Part shown: piece by piece, positions 40,819-52,115 of the stretch
Layout of the letters: every line of letters begins with the position of its first letter
How positions within the stretch are numbered: position 1 is the stretch's first letter
NCBI GenBank assembly: GCA_044892525.1
Contig: CM097888.1
Span: 46,252,001-46,316,000 of the forward strand
Reading direction: 5' to 3'
DNA: 64,000 bases
From: Schmidtea polychroa
Taxonomy: Eukaryota
Notes under the pieces: model-generated
What the model was told of the DNA's origin: nothing
The model's input: only the letters and a program-made list of their open reading frames with translations
The model's database searches: none
Translations under genes and position numbers: made by a program

Positions 40819-42189
40819 AGGCCTAGAAAAGCGAGAGATAGCAGTTAAGCTACAATGAGGTAATATTTAAATTACTAGTGAAATGGAATATTAAAGCTAG
40901 CTAGAACAAATAGAAGGTAATTACGAAAATTTGAGTTTAGAGAGGAAATAAACGAGCTCGTGGAAAAGATAATAAGATTATAATGAAAAAGGAAAGGGAA
41001 GAAGGAAACGAATTAAAGAGATAATGGAAAATAAAGAATAGGCGAAACGATGATAATGAGTAAAGAGGAAAGTAACCAACTAATTAAAGGGACCCCAGTG
41101 AAGTAGAGAAACTCTACGGAATAATATTTTTCTTTTTTGGGCGAAGCGGGAGAATATATTTTATTGGTTCCAGAGTAGAACCGAGTGAGATAATAGTAAA
41201 TACGAAAAGTAAAACAGCGACAACCGCGCAAAAAGGACTAGGAAAACGAAAGGGGGGTAATAAGCAGTGACCGACAACGACCTATTCCTATTATAAGTGA
41301 TAAAAATAGATAATTATTACGACTCTATAGATAATTGTTACTACCCCATATAGATAATTTAAAATCGACGAAAATTTCGGGCTGATGGGAGATTATAACC
41401 CGCGGAAGTAATTGCATAAAAAATAGGGGAAGCATAAACAGAACCTAAAAGGTGTCTGTGTTTGAATGTTGCAGAAAGAATGATGAAGTCGTGTAAGCAG
41501 ATGCAACACGAGATCATTTTTTCATTTTAGATATCAAACCAATCCAGTCAACCAAGACAATCCAGAACCCGCACAAAAGGAATTCGAAGAAATCGACAAT
41601 CGACCAAGAATAAATCCATTCAGAACCCGCACCGAGAGACACAGCAACCGGAAGACTCCAGAACGGAAGAAGATACAGATAGCGACATCTCCAACTTCGA
41701 ACGAATCATCGATATATTCAACCTCATAGTATTAGCAGCCATCTGTCAAGGACTAGTAAATCTCCTCAGAATCACAGTAGCAGATTCATACAGAATACTT
41801 ATCGAAGGAAACACAATCAGAACTGAACTCGTCCAATTCAGTAGCCGCTAATTACCAAGAAGCGTAAGAAAGGAATCACGGATAAACCCAATCTTAGATC
41901 TTCAAGTAAGCCAGGAGACGTATTATTTTCAGGAGACGAATTACAACAACTCAAAAGAGGACGATCTATTAAACATCAAAGAGGAATATCACAAGGATCA
42001 AGAAGAACCAATCAAGTACCTATATTTGACCAAGAAAATCTCGGATACACCCCTAGCCGATCTCGAAGCAGAGAAAGTCTGTCCGACATCACTAATAGTT
42101 TAGCAACGTCAACCGAGGAATTATCAGCCCAAAATTTAGTCACGTCACCGGATAATTTAAAAGAAACCGACGAATCTAGAACACCAATC

Positions 42190-43464
42190 ATGACGAATGT
42201 CGTAAAAACCGACGAGTATAAAGAAAAGTTCCGAGGAGAACCGTTCAATGGAAATGCAAACAAGCTAGCAACGTTCATAACTAATTTTGAAGTTTATATC
42301 ACTGTGTGTGGATGGACACCCGAAGCAATTAGTAAAAGGATGCCGTTGTTTTTGTGCGATAGCGCATTAGAAGTATATTTAGAAGCTAAAGAGAGAGATA
42401 CGAAATTAGAAAAGTGGGAAGATATCAAAACATTCCTGAAGAAAACCTTCGGAGCCAGTAAGCCAATCAACCAGGCGTTGGGCGAACTAGCAAATAGGAA
42501 ACAAAGAGCAAATGAATCCATCACGTTATATGCCAGTGAATTGCGGAGATTGGCAAAGAAAGCAATGAATGGGAAATTACCAGAAGAAAATTTGATCGGT
42601 TATTTCATAGAGGGATTACGCCGAGAAGAAGTAAGAGCCTCAGTAGGTTGTCAAATGTGCAAAACATTAGAGGAAGCCATAGATTGGGCTACAAGATGCG
42701 AGCTCCACCTTCCAGCTCAAATGAATATTATGCAAGAGGAGGGAAGGATAATGACAGCAATAGCGAAAGCGGATAACGGAGATAACAACAATCAAGAACC
42801 GAAAATGAATCAATTTATACCAGGAGCGCACCAAATTTTCAAACCACCACAAGGACGATCAAATGGGAATAATGGTAATCGTAACAACCCGAATAATGAG
42901 AACAATTTTAATAATCGACGAAATATGAACGATAACAAGCAGTGTCGAACATGCGGTAAACCAGGACACTGGGACAGAGATTGCTATAGAAATTCAAATT
43001 GTAATCGTTGCGGACGGCGTGGACATACCGAAAATGTATGCCAATTGAGAGGTTGTTTTAACTGTGGTCAGCCAGGTCACATCTCCAGAGATTGCCGAGA
43101 AAGGGGCCAACAACAACGACCACCACAGCGAAATAATAATTATATGGCGAATCCGCAACGACAAAGTAACCCTAGCGAAGGAAAACAAATGAACGTTATG
43201 CAGGAAATCTCGCAGATGAAACAGATGATGCAACAAATGATGAGACCGAGACCGGAATCAGCACCACAACAAACCCAGAATATACGTATGATGAGGAGTA
43301 CCGAAAATCTCAACAATTACCAAACCTTTTCTTTAGAACACTTATCCATCCAGAATTCGACGAACGTATTGGTAAGATTAACTTTAAGGACATTTAACCG
43401 ACTACATAGATTGTGTATTGTGATTAATTTGAGTCTGGAGCTCTACTCCATTTATCATCCTTAG
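42190..43464 (+). pseudogene. Truncated polyprotein: intact Gag (CA plus 3 CCHC) fused to 47 unrelated residues
   Basis: Identical to the 16009 ORF up to 43319, then reads into flanking DNA to a stop at 43464. Confidence 0.9.
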
Positions 43465-44679
43465 GGTGATGTATCATTGTTGATTTTAATGTACAGGTTA
43501 TATGTATATTATGCATGTGAAAAGTCAATTTTACAGAACATTGCCTGCTTTCGGGGCCTCACTGTGCTCCCTACGACAAGCCCTATTGTGAATGTAATCG
43601 GTAATATACTACCGTATTATAATAACGAATAACGCGTTCCGAGAACTCCATCGCCCGGAGGTGATTCATCGACGAACCCAGCGGCGTATACCACTGAGTC
43701 GGTACGACCTCAGACGATCCCATCATTTATAGTACTGAGGTGCATGCCAGGCATTGGCCTGCATACGTCAAGGCTGCGTGCACAATGACGTTGTAGATGT
43801 TGATGAAATAACCATCTTTATGCGAGACGGATCAAAATCGATGATAAGTTCGATCAATGTTGATCCCTCTTGAAAAAAAATTAAAGGGAAATTCCTTTAC
43901 CAGAATCATATTAAGATTAACGCATAAGAACTTTCAACATAAATGTTTTAATAGATACACAAAATACGGTTAACATGATAATAATGCATAAAATAAAAGA
44001 ATATTTCTTACTTCAAAATTTTCCAATAAAGTAATAACATTAACAAAAAAAATTTGGCATAAAGATTAACTTGTGACCAAAATGCGTCGGTATATATACC
44101 TATTTTGTACACGTGTATGTATTGATGCATTAAAACAAACTCGAATTCTTTTTATTCCAGAATTTTCTATTTTGCGATTTTGATATTTTTAATGACAATT
44201 TTAGTGCCATAATTTTTGTTTTTATTTTTACATTTTTATTTTCTAATTATTTTTCATTAATTTTACGTCCACGATGGATTTGGAACGGTTCCAGAACATT
44301 CCATATTACTTTTAATTTAGTTTTTATTTAATTGACGTTTTTCTGAATTTCTTGTTACGAATTTTTATTTTTATTACTAATTTAGTTATTTTTCTAACTT
44401 TTTTTGTTCAAGGTAGCTTTTATGATGGTCATCGCCATTTTTATGGAATGTTCTGGGTTTTTCTGGAATTTTTTACTGTTTTTACCGTTTTTTAAGTTAT
44501 TCGAGTTTGTTTTTTGTAACTCTATGTTTATTTGGTTATTTTTGAGTTAGATTTTGCATAACTTCTTGCTTTTGTATAATTTTATTTAATTTCTGTGTTT
44601 ATATTTTTTGTTGTTTTCTCTTTTAATTAATATTGTTTATTTGGTGTATTTTTAATATTTAACTATACTTTTTGCTCTT

Positions 44680-44925
44680 TGCATGTTATGTACCTACGCA
44701 TTCCAGTCACAATTATAGTTTGGGTCTAGAAGTCAGTTCTAGCCCAACACTTTCCTTCAAAAATCGACTTAATTGACCTCTGACATCATTATCACACCAA
44801 AAAGCCAAAAAGTGTTGCCAAACTGACAGCTTACTATTATAGCCATTTCACACGAGTGTTGGGCTAGAACTGAATTCTAGACCCAAATCTTGAAAAAAGT
44901 GGTATGTGGTGGTACATAGCATGCA
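44680..44925. repeat. Fold-back inverted repeat core, embedded in T-rich (left) and A-rich (right) diverged arms of ~44400-45200
   Basis: 44719-44750 and 44856-44887 are 31/32 inverted. 44680-44693 and 44912-44925 are 13/14 inverted. Confidence 0.85.
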
Positions 44926-47900
44926 CACCTAGCATTAATTTTAGTTAAATAAAAAATATGCAACATCAAATAAACAATAATAAATTAAGAGTAAAAATAA
45001 CAGAAAATTAAACATAAATTAAGAAATAAAACAAAACAAATGCAAGAGGTAAAATATAACCGTAAGTCGAGTTAAAATCAAATACGAAAAAACATCAGTA
45101 AAACCCATTAATTATAGGAGTAAAACAACATCAAAATCGAGAACATAAAAGTAAATAAAAAATTAACAACAAATGCAAGTATTGCAGGAAATAAATCACA
45201 AATGTGTTGTGTTATTATTTTTGCAAAGTCGGTTTTCTATGACTCCTAGTCGTCTTTATCACAAAAATAATCGAAACCCAACACATAATTACTTAATTAA
45301 AAAACTTTATTTGACGTCTTCTTAATCCACAATGGGTTCCAATTTGCGTTTACTCCCTAATATTTCTTCGTCTAATGTTATTAGTTTGAATAATTCTCCT
45401 TTCCTCGTCATTCCTTTCAATTGGAGCGTCTGAACAGTCGCTAAATCCCGAATGCCATATAGTTGATTTATCCAGATTTTATGTTGCAATTCTACGTGAA
45501 GATCATGCGCACCAATATTTTTCCAAATGCTAATTTCTGGATTTCTCTCATTTCCATATACTGGTCGCATTGGTTCCTAATGGCGCGATCTCCACCTTAC
45601 CATAATTTTTGGAATTAAAATAGCGTAGTCTTCCTCTTGTCGTCAGGTATGTATTTTTTCGTTGTTTTTCCATCGTAATTCTTCATCGCTATTGATAATA
45701 GAATCATTTTGTTGTTTTCCAAGATTACGTATTCTGCATTAATGAACACAATTTGTTTCCGTATTTCTTCCTGGCTCATTTATTTTCGAATAAATGAAAA
45801 TCGAACAAAACCGTAATCGGTAACAGTTTTTGATCACCTGATAATTTTGAAATGCTCGTGGGTCTTCAGTTTCTTTATTTGTGATCCGTGTTTCCATTAC
45901 AACTCTTGCATCTTTTGATGATATCAACTTATTTCATAAAGCTTCTTTCTACAATTTCCACGATGAGCATAAATTACGTGTAGCATAAATTCGTCCTTGC
46001 TTCCCATTTCTTCTTAAATTAATTTCACATCTGTGTTTTCTGCTCACTTTCAAAAATTTGGGAATTTCATTCTTTTGTCATCAATAGTTAAATAATTTGG
46101 AATACTTGTGTTATCATTTATACAAATCAATTCTTGTCCTATATGATTTCGGTTCAACTTCAAGTATCCGTCATAAATTGTTCGCTTCCATTAGATTTGT
46201 TCCATCACTGAAATATTCACAATTAAAATTTGTATGATTTTAAAATTGAAGTTATCACCAAGGTGGCACAGCCTTGGCGAATAACTGTTTAAATAATAAA
46301 TATTACTAAAAACTTTAATTTTCAAATTTTACTTATTTTTGTCTCCCTATATACTCTTGATAAATTCCCTCTCAATTAAAAATTTTCTTTGTTCTTAATT
46401 TTCCTGCCTCTCCCCTTTTCTAGCCAATCATATTTATTTTTGATTTAAAAGTGCAAATTTCGCAATAAACATAAAACAAAAGGTTATTACTTGTACAGTA
46501 CTATTATATCATAATTTCATGCAAAATAAATATATCTCACTAAATAAATATTTCCCCATAGACAATCCAAGGTCTTGGTATCTTGGATTAACGTTCATAT
46601 TGTCTATTGATTCTCTGAAAGTAGATTAGTAGAGTAAGAATAATAATGAGAAATGGTGTCAAACTGATAATGATAGTGGATAAAATGATACAAGTATTTT
46701 CATTGTCATTTGATAAAGATGATATGGTTTTATTTCTTGGAATTGGTTCTCTACATATTTGAGAATAATTGATTTAAATTATGAATTCGATAGTCACGTT
46801 TTTAGATGAGCTGTAATTATTTTTTGAACCATCAATATCAGTTGTGTCATATTGTACTCGAACCAATTTGTTTTTGTTAATTGATTTTAATAATATTTAT
46901 TACGCTTTCCTTTTATTTTTCCCTATTATTTACCCTATTACACCTCCCCGTAATTTGAGATTTGTCCTCGAATCTATTTACTTTTTAATTAATTATTTAA
47001 AATTGTTGAGTACTCAATACTATATCAATAATAATAAAACTATTTCCAACTAATAATCTTATTTATATTTATGAATATTTTTATTTACATTTATGAATAA
47101 ATTTATAAATTTTTTACCCTACGTAAATCTGTAATAAAATATGAAAAATAAACTTCTATAAAATATTTATTATTGTTTGTTACTATAAATTAATTCTTAT
47201 TGTGATTTGTAAAAATGGTGTTGTACTTGTTCACTTTGTTATTTGGCCTGCTCAGTCTTTTGGTTTTCCACACAGAGACCATTTCGCCCTAAAGAATACG
47301 TTGGTCGCAAAAAATAAAAAATTTTTAATGATAAAAGCAATCACCTTTAAAAATGATATAATCTATATAAGAAAATAAAATAATTTGAATTTGTTTTAAT
47401 GCGTCAAAGTATACACACTAATTTTACTCAAACAAAACACATAATTTCATTTTAAGAGAATATTGAATTGGAATAATTTTATAAATTTTATAAATATTAT
47501 TGTAATTGTTATTGTTAAGTTAAAAATTACACTTAGTTTGTATATAACTTGTATAGTTTGTTTAAGAAATCTGAAGGACCCGATAGAGTCACCGTTAAAA
47601 ATGTGGCGGGACAATCGGGGTGCGTGTTGTGTATGTTAGTAAGTTAGTAACAAATAAAATAAAAATAATAATAAACAATAATAGATATCGAACATAAACT
47701 TTTATTCAAGTAAAAATTGTAAAAACCTTGTATAGCAACGCAAATCCTTAACTTGTCCTTAAGATTTGACACTAGCTTTATCTTTGAGTTGGAATATAAT
47801 TATTGGTTAACTAATTGGATCTGTCACTTTATTTTTAGCTTTGAATTATTTTCCAGAATTTTTTGATTCGTAATTGGAGCTTGAGATTTTATCTTTACTG

Positions 47901-48032
47901 GGGTAATTGGATTAACTAATTGGATCTGTAACTTTTTAGCTTTGAATTATTTTCCAGAATTTTTTATTGATTTTTTTCCTTTGTCGATATTTGTATAGCG
48001 ATAATTTACCATAGTAAATTATCGCTATATAG

Positions 48033-51000
48033 TAGGGCTTGCAATACCGGATCAAATTTTCAAAACCGGTATTTCGGTATTTCATTATATTAATACCGGG
48101 ATCCCGGTATTAATACCGGTATTTAAGAAAAAACAAAAAAAAGCAAAACTACATCGCAAAAAATAGATAAAAAAATATTTAATTCAATAACGAATAATTC
48201 GAAACAAAAAACTTTTTTTTTAAAGTGCCACAAAAGACAAAAAAAATATAAAATAAAAAAAGAGTAATAATATAATTATAATATATAAGAATAATAAGTC
48301 CTATGTCCTATTGTTGTGATTTGCCTTTAAAATATGCCCTCAAAAATGTTAAACTATCAAGAGTTTTGTCGCTTAAGCTGGATCGAATTTTTGTGCACAA
48401 CAGCCCTGCTGCTGAAAAGGCTCTTTCGGACTCGACGTTAGTTGGTGGCATGGGCATAAGGCAGTCATATACTAGTTGAAGATATTTTCCTCTAATATGT
48501 TCTACTTCGAAGTATGCTAGTTCCTGTTTTATAACTTTATAAAGTACTTTAGAATTCATCGTTTTTGAAATTCCACTTGCAGTATTCATCACATTAACTT
48601 TCTTGGAAATTGCCATTTCTAGTTATTCTTTCATTGTCATCGAACTTAGAATTTCTGGCTCAGAATCAGCAGATAACTCAGAAACGTCGATGGAAGAGGC
48701 TCCTATGTTTTCAATATCGATGACATCGATAGTATATAAGCGTTCCAATAAATTTATAATTATTTTTATAATTGTTGCGTTGTTAATTCGATTAAAAATT
48801 TCATTTTGGTCGTCATCTGCTGATTCAGTAAGATTGTGCAGGTATTGTAGTAGACTCGATAAATCAGTACGCCTTTGTTTTATACGAATAATTAGCTCTT
48901 CTTTGAATTCATTACTTAAAGCAGTATTCTGTTCTGTCAATTGATTAAACATAAATAGTAAAGCTGCATCTGCGCTAAGAAGAGTAGCATCTTGACGACA
49001 ACAAGCTTCAACAGTTAATTTGATTGGAAGAAGAACTGAAATAACTGATGATGCTAAAGAAAAATCAATTTCCGAAAATGATATTTCGGCATTTAAATTT
49101 AAATCAATCAAAGCCTTTTGTATGCAGTTCTTTAACTGGACAAAGCGTTCTAGCATGGCAAGTAAGCTATTCCAACGTGTTTTAGAATCTAGAATTAAAT
49201 TCAGTTCCTTTCCAAATTGTTCTTTAACATGTTTCTGTAAAGCTTTATCATTTTTCATTGGCGAACGTCTGAATAGCTTCACAACCTTTCTTATTTTTTT
49301 AATCAATGGACCTATCTGTTCATGAATAATTAAACAGTCAATTGCATTGTTTTCTTGAAGTATGGATAAACTATTATCATCAAGATCACTATCATTTTCA
49401 TCACTTGTATACTGGTTATCATCTTCGTTACAATTAGAATGTTCATTTTCTAAATTTTGGTGTATCATATTTATGTATAAAACCTTAATGACAGCCAATT
49501 GAATTCCGTGAACTAAGCAAAGTTGTTTCCTTGCACAAATCAACTTTCCAACGTTGGTCATGACAGATGCACCATCGGTTGTAATGCACACAATGTTTTT
49601 ATTTTAAGAAACTTGGAATAATTTAAGCCTTTCTTCAACGAGGGCAACACACTTTTCTGCAGGCAATGATCCTTGCACGCGAACTAATCCTAGGTTCCAG
49701 AATTTCTTGATGCCAGCATGAACATTTATATTTAAATAACGTCGGTTTTTTACCGATGTCCATTCATCAAATGTAAGACTAAATCGTTGTCCCGAAAGAA
49801 TTTGAGATTCTAACTCTTTAATCATATTTGCACGAATTTTTTCACTGTACTGCACAACTAAATTTTTTATAGAGTTTATAGATTTTGGTATATTTTCATA
49901 CCCTCTGGCAGTTAAACCTTATCTGATATCCACGGAAGTGCAAAATATGTTAAACGACAAAGGTCACATGCCGTCATACGAGCTAAAACTGCAGACAAAG
50001 AATTGTCCGTTTCCGAAACGAAAAATGTTGTTATTTTCCCGCTAGAAACATTGTTCACTTTAGAAGTTGATGGTTCTGGCTCAATTTCAATCAGAAGGTT
50101 GGAGCTCGGAGCATTCCTTTTTTTAAAATTAATTTGGTGGAGTGTCTTTAGGTGGGTATGCAAACCACTTGTACTACCTCCTTCCGTCTTTATTACTTTG
50201 TTACACTTCTTACATTTTGAAATTTGTCCCTTTTTCTCACGAAGAAAATAGAACCATACGGAGTTTTCATCAGCTGATTTTTCCTCAAAAACATAGTTTT
50301 CCATGGCTAAAAATACAGCGTTTTAACTTTAAGTAAATTACAGAATTTTTTGAATATTTGTACCCACTTATTAAAACGGCAGAAATCTTGCTATTCTTTA
50401 TTATTATTTATTATTTTTAATTTTTAAAAAAACCCGCAGCAGTGCGCTATGATAGCGCCGCTATCTATATAAATATATAGAAAATAAAAATTTTACTTAT
50501 ACAATAATTAATTTTCACACTTTTAACTTACCTTACCTATCTGCTATTTATCAATTGAATTAATGATTATTAATTATAATTATGATTTTAAATATTTTTT
50601 AACTTTTATATTATACACAAACACAATTCTCTAAATTTTCAAAAACTTTACAACTGAACTAACTAACTATTCTTTATAAAATAAAAAACAGCTTCAATAT
50701 TGAAAATTTTGGAAAATAGAAAACAATAATTTCCCATAGAAACGGCTTGCTATGTGAATTTGTGTCTTTTTTAGTATTTTTTTAGTATTAGAAAAATTAA
50801 CGTACAAAAAGGCTCTTTCTTGTAAAAAAACAAATTACTTCAGTAGGGCCACCTGTACGTAAATTTCAAAATTAGATTTAATCTTTAAACATGACAACAC
50901 CTAAACATATGCTAATTACTTATAAAAAATAAAATAGTTAAGTAAAAATGATATGAATTTTAACCTACAGCAAAAAAATTTAATTCCGGATACCGGTATT

Positions 51001-51075
51001 AAGTGGTCATTAATACCGGTATTGAACGGTATTAAAAATGTCGGTAATACCGGGATCCCGATATTGCAAGCCCTA
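48033..51075 (-). mobile_element. hAT DNA transposon (3,043 bp)
   Basis: 14-bp TIR TAGGGCTTGCAATA, 8-bp TSD CTATATAG (48025-48032 and 51076-51083), subterminal AATACCGG repeats at both ends, and transposase remnants. Confidence 0.95.
48308..50304 (-). pseudogene. hAT transposase pseudogene
   Basis: BED finger (W.YF...C..C...LH.HL..H), FSLTFDEWTS, CLVHGIQL (CxxH), TRWNS, PPTNVESERAFS. Broken by frameshifts (~49950, ~49600) and stops (49919-21, 48623-25). Confidence 0.93.
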
Positions 51076-51986
51076 CTATATAGTATTTTTATTCTTGGCC
51101 ATTGCGACCTACACTCCATAAAATAACAAGGCGTCGCAAAACCTTGTTTAAAAATAAATAAAATATATAACTGTACATTTCACAACTTCCCCCTTTAAAA
51201 CCGGAGGTTAACATGGATCAATTAAAAGTAACAAAAATAATTACATTCAATAACCTTTTTTTTTAGTATGTTTTATATGTTTTTATGTATTTTGTTTCTG
51301 TTTCTTTGTATCTGGATAAAACAAAAAATTTACAATTTACTCTATATTTACAAAGAAATTGATAAAAAACTGTACAATTGGCATTGTTTGTGCGTGTGTT
51401 TTTTTGTTGGTGTTTTAATTAAGACAATCACTGTATCGTTTTTTGTATAGGGGTGTGATTATTGTATCTTTGTCAAATAGTTTGATTGAGTTTTTGTGGT
51501 TAAATGTGATGTTTTTGTGAATTGGTTGTGTTTTCGTTTGTGTTTGTGTTTTGGTTTTTGGTATATCGTTTTGCGGGTTTACGTTCTGGTGATAGGGTTT
51601 TATGCGTCTTATGTTTATTTTCATTTTGTTGTTATTTTTAATTATTGTGGCGACGTTTTTGTTGATTTCTAGGAGTTTGAATGGATCTTCGTATTTGGAT
51701 TCGAATCCTTTTGTGAATGGTTTTTTTATTAAGATGAAATCTGTTGTTAATACTGTTTTCCGTCCAATTCGGAGTCCAGTCTCCTTTTAAAAATTCCTTT
51801 TGGTTTCTGTTCGGTGGTTTCGCTATTTTTGTTTGTTATTTGTTTGATGTTTTCAGTGTTTTTGTTTGTATCTGATTTAAGTGATGGCAAGGTTTTGCGA
51901 CGCCTTGTTATTTTATGGAGTGTAGGTCGCAATGGCCAAGAATAAAAATATTATATAGCGATAATTTACTATGGTAAATTATCGCT

Positions 51987-52115
51987 NNNNNNNNNNNNNN
52001 NNNNNNNNNNNNNNNNNNNNNNNNNNNNNNNNNNNNNNNNNNNNNNNNNNNNNNNNNNNNNNNNNNNNNNNNNNNNNNNNNNNNNNNNNNNNNNNNNNNN
52101 NNNNNNNNNNNNNNN
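51987..52115. other. Assembly gap (129 N)
   Basis: Run of N. Confidence 1.

Larger units (their letters stand above)
1..43319 (+). repeat. Head-to-tail tandem array, period 26,181 bp (1..17138 is repeated at 26182..43319)
   Basis: Every ORF in 10..16009 recurs at +26181 with identical translation (4274/30455, 13217/39398, 16009/42190). Identity ends at 43319 (AACAATTA|C versus AACAATTA|TG at 17138). No differences were seen in spot-checked lines. The left end lies outside the window. Confidence 0.97.
47994..51986. mobile_element. Small non-autonomous element (~0.95 kb before insertion) with ~100-bp inverted repeats containing perfect hairpins, interrupted by the hAT transposon
   Basis: 47994-48032 plus 51084-51146 is the reverse complement of 51888-51986 (1 mismatch). 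Hairpin TATAGCGATAATTTAC-CATA-GTAAATTATCGCTATA. The right end runs into the N gap. Confidence 0.75.

Noticed and set aside
146-43236. Many 60-130-aa minus-strand and alternative-frame ORFs within the element
   Set aside because: They are F/L/S-rich shadows of the A-rich sense strand with no motifs.
43320-43860. Possible host exons with short GT-AG introns after the junction
   Set aside because: No consistent reading frame or recognisable protein could be assembled.
48308-50304. Intact intron-containing hAT transposase
   Set aside because: The breaks are point stops and 1-2-nt frameshifts with no room for introns.
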